Part shown: piece by piece, positions 9,747 through 20,024 of the stretch
Layout: each line of letters begins with the position of its first letter
Position numbering within the stretch: the first letter of the stretch is position 1
NCBI GenBank assembly: GCA_904397185.1
Contig: CAJFOL010000111.1
Span: 1 to 35,792, forward strand
From: an uncultured Clostridia bacterium
GTDB taxonomy: Bacteria > Bacillota > Clostridia > Christensenellales > UBA1242
DNA length: 35,792 nucleotides
Direction of reading: 5' to 3'
Notes under the pieces: generated by a model
The model's database searches: none
What the model was told of the DNA's origin: nothing
Seen by the model: the letters and a program-made list of their open reading frames with translations, nothing else
Program-made: the position numbers and the translations under genes

Positions 9747-11949
9747 AGTTTTCACCCTCCTTCTCAAGCTCTAAATCGTTAAGATGATACGCTTCCTCAA
9801 TGTCCCAGATCAGATTATTTGCCAGCATCGAATTTAATGCTAATCTACCAAATTCCTTAATCCGGGCAAGCTCATTTTTAACCAATGTCTTATCCCTGTT
9901 CGCCTGTTCAATCGTTAGACCTGATACTGAATCAAGAGGTCTGGGAAGAGTAACAAAATCATATATTTCTGCAAAAGGTTTATTATCTGATTTACGAAGA
10001 ACTCTACCTCTACGCTGTATATACTCCTTAGGATTTGTAGTACTTGCAAGTATAAAAGCAGTTCGTATGCCAGGAATATTAACACCCTCATCCAGACACT
10101 TTATTGCTACAATAGCCTGTAACTTACCACCATCCTGGAAATGTTCCTTGATCATAGCTCGCTCCTCCATATTTTCCTCTGAAGTAAAGCGTGCCACACT
10201 CATATCAAGCTCATTGGCAAGGATCTTGGTTACAGCCTCTATCTGTCTAATATCGTTTTCATCATCTGATGATGTATCACTATCATCTAAAACCCTTGTA
10301 GCTCCACAATACACCAAAATATTATTATCATCTTTGTATGGAGTGATTTCTCTTTTCAGAGCTTCGAGCTTTTGCATTGCTCCTGCAATCACTCTGGCTC
10401 TCTTGAGCGCAAGGATTTCCCCACGCTTATTCAATTTATACTTTCCGTGCTTGTCTTTTATCATACATTTGGACATTTCATAAGAAAGTTGTTCATATGA
10501 TTCCAGCTCTAGTTCACTAAGATATACAAGAACCGGATAGTACTTATAAGGAGTCAGCTTATCTTCATCAATTGCCCTTTCCAGTGAATATTCAATACAC
10601 TTCTTTCCAAAGAAACTATACAAAAGAGCTGTTCCCTCTTCATCTCTATGTCTTTCGAGTGTTGCTGATAATGCCAGCCTATATGTAAATCTGTCATCCA
10701 ACCGCTTTGCATAACTTCTAGCTCCAAAATTGTGGGCCTCATCAACAACCAGTAAAATTGGACTTTTAATCTTATCTATTCTCTCTTGAAAATCAGGACT
10801 GGCAAAGGTTACATTAGTTGTCACCACACAGAAAAATCTTTTATCTCTTCTGATTTTCTGGTCTATTATCGCCTTAGAGAATTTCTTTCTCCAATCCTTG
10901 TGGACTAAATCTCCATAGGCAACAATAGGCTTCATGTTAAACTTAACAATGTCCTCAACCCACTGCTCTACCAGATGCTTATAAGGCGCTACGATAATAA
11001 CAGCGAGATCGTCATCAAGGTCTTCCGAAAGCTTTGAAATAGCGCCAAGACCAGTATAAGTTTTACCTGTCCCAGTTGCCATATCAAAGATTCCTCTATA
11101 ATTTTCACCTACCCAAACAGAAATAGCTTCCTTCTGATATTCATGTAGCCTCACATCATTTGGAATTCTTGCCCCTACCGCATCTCCACAAAGGGCTTCG
11201 CTCTCATGCAACATACTACTATATGCAAGCATTCTCTTTTGGAACTGCTCACGGTCAATATCAAAATTAGGTGCTTTTTTCCGATATTTCTCAATAAGTA
11301 CATCAGAAATCTTCGGAAATTCCAAGACCTTAAGGCTCGGCTCAATGTTATTCCACATAGAGTAAAAGGCGTTTTCCTTCAGCTTAACTCTATCTGCCTC
11401 TGCCTCATTCCAGTCACAAAATACATCTATGGTTTCATAATTAATGGACATCGCTGTCATAGACTCATTCATGGATCCCGAAAAGGCTACATGATTACCG
11501 TCTCTATCTTCCAAAATACCCATTTTCTCATGATACATTCCAATCTCATTACCCTGGTCGGTATAAGCAATACGAATGTCCAAGATTCCTTCTGATATAA
11601 GATGTGCCAAAAGGTTCAGACGCTCCATAGAGTAGTAATCCTCATGCTCATCAGACAACTGACGCACAAGTGCACCCTCTATAATTTTTTGTCTATTTTC
11701 ATACCCTTCCTTGATAGCCTGGATATCTTCATCTGACAGATACGGAGAGGCAACTATCTCTATCTTTCCTCCATCTTTTGCCATATCCGCTATTCCCTTT
11801 GATATTTCAACAAGGGCCGATGATGAAAAAAAACCCACAGCACGCTTATAAGATGTTGACTCATGAAGCAATGGTATATAAAAATCCTGCACCACATTGT
11901 CGATCAAGGACCGGTATTCGCTTCTTATTTTCTTGTCCTTTAAGCTCAT
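9736..11949 (-). CDS. PLD (HKD) nuclease domain fused to an SF2 DEAH helicase; candidate PT-dependent restriction enzyme
   Basis: 737-aa ORF. The HKD motif is YHEKMGILEDRDGNHVAFSGSMNES. Helicase motifs are MATGTGKT, VVDEAHN, LALSATLER and QRRGRVLR. An AGGGGGA SD lies 5 nt upstream. The ORF starts 10 nt after the cysteine desulfurase stop. Confidence 0.85.
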   Translation of the reverse strand: MSLKDKKIRSEYRSLIDNVVQDFYIPLLHESTSYKRAVGFFSSSALVEISKGIADMAKDGGKIEIVASPYLSDEDIQAIKEGYENRQKIIEGALVRQLSDEHEDYYSMERLNLLAHLISEGILDIRIAYTDQGNEIGMYHEKMGILEDRDGNHVAFSGSMNESMTAMSINYETIDVFCDWNEAEADRVKLKENAFYSMWNNIEPSLKVLEFPKISDVLIEKYRKKAPNFDIDREQFQKRMLAYSSMLHESEALCGDAVGARIPNDVRLHEYQKEAISVWVGENYRGIFDMATGTGKTYTGLGAISKLSEDLDDDLAVIIVAPYKHLVEQWVEDIVKFNMKPIVAYGDLVHKDWRKKFSKAIIDQKIRRDKRFFCVVTTNVTFASPDFQERIDKIKSPILLVVDEAHNFGARSYAKRLDDRFTYRLALSATLERHRDEEGTALLYSFFGKKCIEYSLERAIDEDKLTPYKYYPVLVYLSELELESYEQLSYEMSKCMIKDKHGKYKLNKRGEILALKRARVIAGAMQKLEALKREITPYKDDNNILVYCGATRVLDDSDTSSDDENDIRQIEAVTKILANELDMSVARFTSEENMEERAMIKEHFQDGGKLQAIVAIKCLDEGVNIPGIRTAFILASTTNPKEYIQRRGRVLRKSDNKPFAEIYDFVTLPRPLDSVSGLTIEQANRDKTLVKNELARIKEFGRLALNSMLANNLIWDIEEAYHLNDLELEKEGENFEC

Positions 11950-11959
11950 AACAATCCCC

Positions 11960-13105
11960 CTATAGCTCTGAATCTATGTAATCCAAAGCCTCTTCCAGCT
12001 CAGCAAAATCATCATCTGTAGTAAAATAGTTCACACTGAATCTGATAGTACCTGCCGGGAATGTTCCCATAAACTTATGTGCCAACGGCGCACATTGCAG
12101 TCCTGTCCTGACGGCAATTCCACATCTATCAAATACAGGTCCGGCACTGTCGCTGCTTATTCCCTCTATAATACAAGAAACAATTCCCACATAACTACAA
12201 GAGTCATAGTTTCCAATTATCTTTATGTAAGAATACCTACCTAAAAGGTCTATCAGCCTCTTTCGATTTTCAGCTTCTTTCTCTCTGATGACATTGACAG
12301 TAATCTGTGCTGACCACTCAAGGGCTGCATTTAATCCAGCTATACCTGCTATATTCAGAGTTCCCATCTCATATTTTTGAGGCAAATCTTCTGGCATGTT
12401 TTGATCTGCAGATTCATATCCGGTACCTCCAAATATCACTGCCGGGAACTTCACCGCCGAATTCATTACAAAGCCAGAAATACCTGTTGGTCCATACATC
12501 GTCTTATGCCCGGCAAATACTGCAAAATCTATAGTAGAAAGACCTACATTCAGATCCACCAACCCTGCAGTCTGTGCCATATCCACCAAAGTTATGGCAT
12601 CATACTTCTTTGCCAGTGCAAAAATATCCTCTACCGGAGCAATCAAACCAAACGCATTGCTCGCATGACTGACTATCACAAAATCCGGTTTTACTGTATC
12701 AAATTGATACCGAATTCGTTCCAAGTCATATACCATTTCCTTTGATACTGTCAGCTGGTTTACCTTGATCTTCCCCTTCTCCTCAAAATGATGAAGAGTC
12801 CTGGTAACCGCATTGTGCTCAAATGGGCTGATATAAATATTAACAGCACCTTTCTCAATAATGCCCTGAATAATAATATTCAAAGCTATTGTTGCCGTTG
12901 GTTCAAAGACAACCTGCTTTGCCTGGCAGTGCAGGAGCGCCTGAATCTTCTTCCTAGTATCTCCTATTATGGCACCTGCGCTCTGTGCAAGCTTGTAGTT
13001 TCCACGTCCAACATTTACACCGTTGGTACGATAAAAGCTGTCCATAAAGTCATAAACGCAATCCGGCTTTGGGTATGTAGTTGCAGCATTATCAAAATAT
13101 GCCAC
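11960..13105 (-). CDS. sspA: class V aminotransferase-fold cysteine desulfurase (SspA/DndA-like)
   Basis: 381-aa ORF with a GTG start preceded by GAGGGGAGG. Motifs are HASNAFG, the PLP-lysine motif FAGHKTMYGPTGISG, and the catalytic-Cys loop VRTGLQCAPLAH. Confidence 0.8.
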   Translation of the reverse strand: MAYFDNAATTYPKPDCVYDFMDSFYRTNGVNVGRGNYKLAQSAGAIIGDTRKKIQALLHCQAKQVVFEPTATIALNIIIQGIIEKGAVNIYISPFEHNAVTRTLHHFEEKGKIKVNQLTVSKEMVYDLERIRYQFDTVKPDFVIVSHASNAFGLIAPVEDIFALAKKYDAITLVDMAQTAGLVDLNVGLSTIDFAVFAGHKTMYGPTGISGFVMNSAVKFPAVIFGGTGYESADQNMPEDLPQKYEMGTLNIAGIAGLNAALEWSAQITVNVIREKEAENRKRLIDLLGRYSYIKIIGNYDSCSYVGIVSCIIEGISSDSAGPVFDRCGIAVRTGLQCAPLAHKFMGTFPAGTIRFSVNYFTTDDDFAELEEALDYIDSEL

Positions 13106-13120
13106 TTGTCATGCCTCCCC

Positions 13121-16100
13121 TCAGCACATCTTCTTTAATATATCCATGAGGATCTGTCTCTTCTCCTGCTCTGAAATAGAGTATCCCATTGAATCTATCT
13201 CAGATAAAATCGAGTTATACAGAAGCTTTCCTCTTTTACTTGTTTCAACTCTGTCAAACCTCTTTATCTCTGATGAACCGTCGTCTGTACGGAATCTGAT
13301 TTCATAAGTACTTGCGGCACTGTCATCACTTTCAGACTCACCACTTTGAAACTCCTCAGCCGTTTTCTTATACATTACAAGATTCTCTGCGAAACGCTCT
13401 ATGGTATCATCATCCCAGTCTTCAACTCTTAGATCTGTTGTAGCCTTTGCTAGTCTGGCAATAAAGGTCTCTTCATCATTTGTAACTTCTTTGAAAAGTC
13501 CCAGGCATTTGTCAGTTCCATTCTCAAAGAGCTGCTCAAACACATGTGGATCCAGTGTTTCACACCAATCTTTAATTACCGATGATAATGAAACTCTTTT
13601 TAGCTTAGATCTATTTGTCGCAATTGAAAATATCTGCTTTGTCCGTTTTATCAATTCCGCTTTAAGTATTGATATCTCTGAGTCATAATAAAGCTTTGCC
13701 TGCTCTATGTTTTCTGCAAGCCCCTCATTAAAATCTCTATATCCAAAAGCCTCAGGAAGCTTCTCAAACAATAACTCATGTCCATTGAGGTTCTGCTTTA
13801 GCAACTTGACCATCTTGCGGTATCTTTTACTTGACTCTTTGTCTCCTATTCCTTTGGACTCCTTAGCATACCTTGGCAATGACAGATACCAGCGCTTCAT
13901 TGCTGAAGCTGCAAAATCATAAGCACTAAGATTCTTCTCAGCCTCAATAACATATCTGCTAAAAATCTCCGAAAGCTTAGTAATGAATTCCTGCTTTTCT
14001 GGATTCCATTCAAGATATACCAGTGTATAATCTTTTGGGCTTGCATTAATCATCTGCAAAGTGTCTGCCGATAACGGTAGCTGCCCCTGTTCATTCTGCA
14101 GAATAATATCCTCGCTATACTCATGAAAAACTGCAGCAATATAAATGGGAATCATTCCACTCCTGATACCAATATGATACTCAGGAGCCTTCAACTCATG
14201 ATACAAATGATCAAAGGACGCAGTTCCTTTCTTTTTGGCATCCATAATGAAGGAGACAATTATATCTAGTACGCCCTTCATTCGCTCATCGGGCGGAGAA
14301 AGATTAATTCTAGTGCCTTCTTCATCATCGAGTAAAACCCCCTTCCTCAGAAGGGTGCTTCTCATAATAGATACTTCCTGACCAGTTCCTGTAAGTCCTA
14401 GATTTGGTTCCAGAACATTTCTAAGGAGACCTGACAGTATCTTACTTCTGCTGTTATTAGCGATTGAAGTTATCTCATCCTTATTGATGGCCTCATTATT
14501 AATAACCGGTGTTTGGAAGAAAATACTAAAGCAAATATCTGAGGCAAGTCCTGTCAAAGCTGCCTTACGCCCTATGCTTCTTTCTTCCCCATTGTAAATA
14601 TACGTAGACTTATAGTCTTCAGGATGAGTATACCCACTGATAAACTCGCTAATTACATCTCGCAAATCCTCATATATTACTTCATACTCCTCAAAAAGAA
14701 CTGTGTCCTCTTTTGCTTTATCTCTGAGTGCACTTACAGCTTCAAACTCCTGCAAGACTTTTCTAATTTCAGTAGCCTTCTTTGGCAGTATGAAAATAAA
14801 TCTATCACAACCCTTACTTGTCTCCAATACTTTCTTCTTTATGTCTTTAATAGCTTCAGCATCTTCACAGACAATAGCATATACTATACCGTCTGCACGA
14901 ATATCCTCAGCTTTTTTTACCCAGTCGATATCACCTTCAAGCTCCTGTTCTTCAATGAACTCAAACTCAAAGTAACGAATCATCTCTTTTTCATCATTAT
15001 ATTTGGATGGATAGAGATAATTATCAATATTGGAAGCATTTAATGCGCTTTTCAAAGAAATTGCTGGTGCTAAAGCTGCAATGGTGTCTGATATCTTCTG
15101 TTCTACATCAACACCAGATGCCTGCTTCAGCTTCAGATAATCATTGCTACGTTTCAAGTATATTACGTACTCGTCCTTGATAAGATGGTCGATAGCTGCT
15201 TCAATCTCAACAGGTTTGTATTCCATGCTGTAGAGTCCAACAATTTCTTCTTTAATTGGTTTCAACTTATCAAACTGCCCCAGCAAATAAATCAAAGAAA
15301 TAGTCTTTACGATTTTGCTCTCAAGGAGTTGCTCCTCAATCTGATCAAGGATAGTCTTTGTCAGAACATAATTCTTATGAATTTCTCCAGCAAAAGGCTC
15401 CTTCTGCAGTACCGGATCAAAGTAATCGAAAATAAGATCCGGAGTAATGACTCTAAAGGTCTTGTCCTTTAATCCTCTCAGGAACGCTGGTAGAGTCGAT
15501 GTTCCATCAGCAGACAGGAAAGTAAACAAGGTACGCTCATTCTGTGCCACTCGTTCAGATAGTCTTGGAAGAATGAATGTAGAAACGGGATGCAATGGAT
15601 AGCATTCATATATAGTTGTCTCTAATTCTTTCTGATCTGTATCGTTGAATATTGGATGATTAGCATACCTTGTCATCAACTGATCAAACTTAGCCTTGTT
15701 ATCATTTCGGAAATCTTCCCACTTGTCTCTATCCTTGATAATAACTGTTGATATAATCTCATAGGTCTGTGCAAAATTATTATTTAAGTGAATATGACGG
15801 AATCTCTCTGAAACACCGCGCCAACCATCAACCTTTGCCTTTGGTAACTGATCAATGTAATTAGATATCTCTTTATGAGAAATCAGCAAAAGATGCAACT
15901 CATTTTCTCCGCTACGATTGCATTTTTCAGCAAAATCCTGCAGCATCTTAGTATCGCTTACAGAAGCTGCAGTTATATTAGATTCCAGGAACTTACTGAA
16001 CTCATCGTAAACAACATATATTCCTAGATATCCACGTTCCTTTAAGCTTTTTACAACGCTCTCATATAACTCCACAACATCAAATCCTACAAACGGATTG

Positions 16101-16729
16101 AAGATACTTCCTGATGTAAGCTTAGGATAAACCTCTTCAAACTCGTTATAGATTGCAGCATTGTAATCATTTAATTCAGAAATAAAAACATCTACCGGAA
16201 GGCTAATTTCTTTCTTAAACTTATCATATGTTTTCGGGTAGTCAGCCTTCCACTTTTTTATGGCATTAATCGCAGCTCTATAATTGGTCTCCGGCATAAT
16301 GTCCAGATCATTCTCTGCAAGCGTCCTCTGCAGGGCAAGAAGGAAAGCCTGTTGTATGCTGCTGCTAGTTCCACTTATAATAACCGGCAGGATCCTATTC
16401 TTGTCATTTGAGTAATAATTATCAACCAGCTGACTTAGTTCTGGATCCTCTTCAATTTTCGGCATCAAATGTGTAAAAAGAGAACGATCTCTCTGCATAA
16501 GCATAGACAATATTGTAAGTATGATATGAGACTTACCTTTTCCATATGCTCCTACAAGGACTCGCGCTCTTTCCGTCGCATCAGGAGCTGTACTGCAAAG
16601 TATGTCCTTCAGCAACGTCAATGCCGATTTGGTCGGTATGAAATTCTTTAATTTGTCATCATTGTTCAGGTCGTATCCTATATTTACTGAATATTGAAAA
16701 CCTGACGCAACAGAAATCATTTTGCTCAT
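13121..16729 (-). CDS. sspC: large P-loop ATPase (BrxC/PglY-DUF499-like), SspC-like
   Basis: 1202-aa ORF. The N-terminal Walker A context is VLVGAYGKGKSHIILTIL. An ATGA overlap with the upstream DUF4007 gene (16726-16729) indicates translational coupling. Confidence 0.7.
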   Translation of the reverse strand: MSKMISVASGFQYSVNIGYDLNNDDKLKNFIPTKSALTLLKDILCSTAPDATERARVLVGAYGKGKSHIILTILSMLMQRDRSLFTHLMPKIEEDPELSQLVDNYYSNDKNRILPVIISGTSSSIQQAFLLALQRTLAENDLDIMPETNYRAAINAIKKWKADYPKTYDKFKKEISLPVDVFISELNDYNAAIYNEFEEVYPKLTSGSIFNPFVGFDVVELYESVVKSLKERGYLGIYVVYDEFSKFLESNITAASVSDTKMLQDFAEKCNRSGENELHLLLISHKEISNYIDQLPKAKVDGWRGVSERFRHIHLNNNFAQTYEIISTVIIKDRDKWEDFRNDNKAKFDQLMTRYANHPIFNDTDQKELETTIYECYPLHPVSTFILPRLSERVAQNERTLFTFLSADGTSTLPAFLRGLKDKTFRVITPDLIFDYFDPVLQKEPFAGEIHKNYVLTKTILDQIEEQLLESKIVKTISLIYLLGQFDKLKPIKEEIVGLYSMEYKPVEIEAAIDHLIKDEYVIYLKRSNDYLKLKQASGVDVEQKISDTIAALAPAISLKSALNASNIDNYLYPSKYNDEKEMIRYFEFEFIEEQELEGDIDWVKKAEDIRADGIVYAIVCEDAEAIKDIKKKVLETSKGCDRFIFILPKKATEIRKVLQEFEAVSALRDKAKEDTVLFEEYEVIYEDLRDVISEFISGYTHPEDYKSTYIYNGEERSIGRKAALTGLASDICFSIFFQTPVINNEAINKDEITSIANNSRSKILSGLLRNVLEPNLGLTGTGQEVSIMRSTLLRKGVLLDDEEGTRINLSPPDERMKGVLDIIVSFIMDAKKKGTASFDHLYHELKAPEYHIGIRSGMIPIYIAAVFHEYSEDIILQNEQGQLPLSADTLQMINASPKDYTLVYLEWNPEKQEFITKLSEIFSRYVIEAEKNLSAYDFAASAMKRWYLSLPRYAKESKGIGDKESSKRYRKMVKLLKQNLNGHELLFEKLPEAFGYRDFNEGLAENIEQAKLYYDSEISILKAELIKRTKQIFSIATNRSKLKRVSLSSVIKDWCETLDPHVFEQLFENGTDKCLGLFKEVTNDEETFIARLAKATTDLRVEDWDDDTIERFAENLVMYKKTAEEFQSGESESDDSAASTYEIRFRTDDGSSEIKRFDRVETSKRGKLLYNSILSEIDSMGYSISEQEKRQILMDILKKMC

Positions 16730-17625
16730 GAATTTGTTTCCTCTATATCGGCATAATATTTTTCTACGCAGTTTATAAAGCTGCGCTTATGGAGTATTCG
16801 TACAACATCTAGTCCTGCTGTACGAATTATCTTAATCTCTCCCAGCTTCTCTACTTCATGAAGCACAGAAAGCATACAGATTGAATCAAGATTAAACACC
16901 TTTCCAATATTCTTTTCTGCAGAAAGAAGTTCGTTTAATCCAATCTCTTCTCTATCTCCTGCCTGGTCTACAATAACAGCCATAACAACCCAAGGATTAA
17001 AGCTTCTGACCATAGGTATAGATTTTTTGTATATATAGTTGCCACGTTCTTTGCTAAGAATATCAATGAATCCAAGCTCTCCAAAAGGACAGCTAATGTT
17101 ATTCTCTGGAGAAACCTTATTCGGATCAGACTTATACCTTGGCAAGTATGTATTCACAATACATGCAAAATCATCGGTCAGGGATCTGATAGCAACTGCT
17201 GTCCCTTCCATCTTCAATTCGTTTTGTATCTGCGCCACGAAATCATCTTTGCTAAATTCTTTCATGGTAAATTTATTGAAGAAGTAATACCAAGATGGAG
17301 CCATCTCATCATCTGTCACAAGCTTATAGTGAAGAAGATATAGTGTACCCAACTCCTCGGTATATGGATCATACTCATGTACCAGTTCTCCAAACTGTGT
17401 CAAAGACTGATCCTTTCTTCCTGTCTTCGGTTCTTTCGTCAGACCCACTGCCTGAAGCCAATATCTAAGGGATTTGACCATATTGGCACCGATTCCAAGA
17501 ACATCCATTGGATTCTCATTTTTGTCAGTAAAAACATTTGGCTTTTGCGATACGTAGCGCATTCCTTTACTGAGCCATCCCTTTCTTATAAAGAATGTTT
17601 CATGGGCCCGAAACTTCGTAGCCAT
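16726..17625 (-). CDS. sspB: DUF4007 family protein (SspB-like)
   Basis: 299-aa ORF. The N-terminal signature is FRAHETFFIRKGWLSKG. An AGGAGG SD is present. The gene sits between the PAPS-reductase-like gene and the ATPase gene. Confidence 0.75.
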   Translation of the reverse strand: MATKFRAHETFFIRKGWLSKGMRYVSQKPNVFTDKNENPMDVLGIGANMVKSLRYWLQAVGLTKEPKTGRKDQSLTQFGELVHEYDPYTEELGTLYLLHYKLVTDDEMAPSWYYFFNKFTMKEFSKDDFVAQIQNELKMEGTAVAIRSLTDDFACIVNTYLPRYKSDPNKVSPENNISCPFGELGFIDILSKERGNYIYKKSIPMVRSFNPWVVMAVIVDQAGDREEIGLNELLSAEKNIGKVFNLDSICMLSVLHEVEKLGEIKIIRTAGLDVVRILHKRSFINCVEKYYADIEETNS

Positions 17626-17638
17626 CCCTATTTTCCTC

Positions 17639-19357
17639 CTAATCTTTTGTCCGTAAGTACTTGTCCATCATACAGCCACCTCTTAGGTATTTGGCAGTTA
17701 CACACATTTTACAATGGACGCATTTACTCGGATCAATATAATATCTGTCTGCTGAAATGGAAATTGCCCCAGCTTTACAAAGAGATTCACATTTCAAACA
17801 TTTTCTACAAGCATTAAATTTTCTGACCTGGTATCCGACCATGTGCTGCAAGTTGTCATGATCTTTCACATTCATAGTTCTGACTTTTACAGCGAACTCA
17901 TATCCCCCCTGTTCAAATGGTTGAACTGACAAAATCGGAACATTTGTCCTATTATCTAATACCAACACTTCATGCAACAGCCTCTGTCCAAGTTCAGGAG
18001 CCACTCTTCCAAATGGTGTGAGCATATTCAAAAACTCATCATCCATCGGACGTACCAAACGATAGATTTTAGCATGATTCTCCGTAGTACAGTTAGTAAA
18101 ACGAATTTTTACATCTCCTGCTGCCGCAAGACCATTCCCTCCCTGTCTGGCTTTCCATGCACCAGAGTCCACATATTCCTCTGCATCCGGCTTGCCTATC
18201 TTCTTTGCAAACTCCACAAGAAATGACCTCCAGGTCTTGGACTGTTCTGGCATGTATATTCTCGATAAGAACTGCGCTCTCTGATTATTATTGGGACAGC
18301 ACCAGCAGCCTACTCTATCATATCCTAAACGATAAGCATTATTAAAATCAATCTTCTCAGCCAGAATATACAGCCAAATATCCATATCTTTCCAGAAAAA
18401 AATTGGAGAAGCAACAGTCTGTTGTTGGATCTTTACAGACTCTGCATCATCTTCTACTCTATTGTATTTACTCCTGCTTACGGACTCTGACTTTCTAATT
18501 CCATAGAAAGTCAAGATTCTTTGATTTCTGTACAGTGAATTAATAACTCTGGTAATAGGTCCTGTTTTAAACATTGAGCAGCACCATCTCATCATTCTAG
18601 CCGGCGGTCCTATATCCTCGCAGACCTCTTGAAAAATTTGTTCCCGATTCTCCGCTATCTTAAAGATTGCCTGTGGATGCTCCTTTCTATAGCGCTTCGC
18701 ATACTCGATCGTTAGCGGAAACTCCAACGTTGTATTTCCAAATATATGTACAAGAGATGGATCGCTTAAAGCCTTAATTGCCAAATCTGCAGTTACCGTT
18801 GAATCCTTTCCTCCCGAGAATGACAAAACTATATTCTCTTCTGGAAATTTTGCAGATGTTCTTTTAATAAAGGTATGTGATTCATCAATCAGATAGTCTA
18901 ACCTTGTCTTGTTTGCTTCAATGAAAGCCTCTATATATTGGTTAAAGCCGCCATAGGAATTGCCATTCTTATATCTATCCAGCTGATCAATATACTCATC
19001 AGCGTCAGCTTCCTTAAACAGTTTATTTGGCAAAGCAATTGACTTTCCATTCACATAATATCTGTTATTAGACGCCCAAACTGATTCATTTATCCACTGG
19101 TGTGGTTTCTTCTTCAGCAATATTTCAATCAGTAGTCTCTCTTCTGGAAAGACTGGTCTAATATCCGCTGCAAGATATTTTATTGGCTTACCACATCTTG
19201 GGCAGATTCCTTTGTCTGCTTGAATCACATCTTGCATAACTGGTACCTTACATTCCTCACACCAGTATACCTCAGTAGGATAATCTTCAACAGTTCCGCT
19301 ACCGCAGATGGGGCACTTTTCTTCATTTGTTTCTATATTACAGTTTTTACACCACAC
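17639..19357 (-). CDS. sspD: PAPS reductase/PP-loop ATP pyrophosphatase family protein (SspD/DndC-like) with N-terminal zinc ribbons and a C-terminal ferredoxin-type Cys clusters
   Basis: 572-aa ORF with a GTG start 8 nt after AAGGAG. The PP-loop is LSFSGGKDSTV. N-terminal zinc-ribbon Cys pairs are CKNC..CPICG and CEEC...CPRCG. C-terminal Cys clusters are CRKCLKCESLC and CVHCKMC. Confidence 0.8.
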   Translation of the reverse strand: MWCKNCNIETNEEKCPICGSGTVEDYPTEVYWCEECKVPVMQDVIQADKGICPRCGKPIKYLAADIRPVFPEERLLIEILLKKKPHQWINESVWASNNRYYVNGKSIALPNKLFKEADADEYIDQLDRYKNGNSYGGFNQYIEAFIEANKTRLDYLIDESHTFIKRTSAKFPEENIVLSFSGGKDSTVTADLAIKALSDPSLVHIFGNTTLEFPLTIEYAKRYRKEHPQAIFKIAENREQIFQEVCEDIGPPARMMRWCCSMFKTGPITRVINSLYRNQRILTFYGIRKSESVSRSKYNRVEDDAESVKIQQQTVASPIFFWKDMDIWLYILAEKIDFNNAYRLGYDRVGCWCCPNNNQRAQFLSRIYMPEQSKTWRSFLVEFAKKIGKPDAEEYVDSGAWKARQGGNGLAAAGDVKIRFTNCTTENHAKIYRLVRPMDDEFLNMLTPFGRVAPELGQRLLHEVLVLDNRTNVPILSVQPFEQGGYEFAVKVRTMNVKDHDNLQHMVGYQVRKFNACRKCLKCESLCKAGAISISADRYYIDPSKCVHCKMCVTAKYLRGGCMMDKYLRTKD

Positions 19358-19375
19358 AAATAATGCTCCTTGCAG

Positions 19376-19600
19376 TTAATTTTTATACACATTATCTTCG
19401 TCAGGTATATAATCAACAATGTCATAAATTTGACAATTAAGCGTCTTACAAATCTTATCAAGAACTTTCGTCGATACATCGCCACCTTTACCCATAGTAG
19501 CTATGGCATTTGTAGACACATGCGCTTGTTCATGCAGATCTGTTCTGTTCATCTTTTTATCAATAAGCAGCTTCCATAATTTATTGTAATTCATTGCCAT
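19376..19600 (-). CDS. XRE (Cro/CI) family helix-turn-helix transcriptional regulator
   Basis: 74-aa ORF containing KMNRTDLHEQAHVSTNAIATMGKGGDVSTKVLDKICKTLNCQIYDI. It is the first gene of the PT operon, 18 nt upstream of sspD-like. Confidence 0.75.
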   Translation of the reverse strand: MAMNYNKLWKLLIDKKMNRTDLHEQAHVSTNAIATMGKGGDVSTKVLDKICKTLNCQIYDIVDYIPDEDNVYKN

Positions 19601-19773
19601 AATTAATGTCTGTTAACCTCTCCTGACAAATTTAATGTTTTATCTTATACAACGTTTAAATCATACCACAGTAATCTATTCCACTCAAGATTTCCTTGAA
19701 ATCTTCAAGAAATCTCATCAACTATTGCTCCAAATCATTTTCTTGTGATCCTTCCTAAACAATATTAAAATAT

Positions 19774-19804
19774 AAAAAAGGCTGTTCAAAAAACAGTCTT
19801 TTTC
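19774..19804 (-). terminator. weak hairpin plus U-tract between the GC-richer operon and the PT operon
   Basis: Plus strand: AAAAAA GGCTGTT CAAAA AACAGTC TTTTT. On the minus-strand RNA the stem is only CUGUU/AACAG plus a closing G-C, followed by UUUUUUAUAUUUU. Confidence 0.3.
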
Positions 19805-19940
19805 TCCAAATCATCTGCTTCAACCGGGTCTTTACGTGAAACATCATTTCTCATATATTCTTTTAACTTCATTTATAAACTTACAGACAACTTCCATATA
19901 ATCCAAATCTGTAACCACAAATTCCTACCAAAGTACCGTA

Positions 19941-20024
19941 CCATTTTCGCAAAAATGACGATTTGGGACGCTCCCAGATAAAAAGTCAGAACCCGCAAAA
20001 GCCGTGTAAAATGCAGGTCTACGT
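19941..20024. repeat. copy A of a mosaic intergenic repeat (left arm plus central part)
   Basis: It aligns with 35673-35757 at roughly 80 percent identity by eye. The match includes ACCATTTTCGCAAAAA, TGACGATTT and AGAACCCGCAAAA. Confidence 0.8.

Noticed and set aside
9800-10483. 227-aa plus-strand ORF, and all other plus-strand ORFs in the track (for example 4209-4517, 7697-7909, 11206-11595, 12377-12745, 14624-15043, 17377-17817, 31158-31679, 32317-32652)
   Set aside because: Each lies entirely antisense to a long minus-strand ORF with clear domain motifs. Their translations are low-complexity (Ser/Leu/Ile/Phe-rich) and lack SD sites, which is typical of shadow ORFs.
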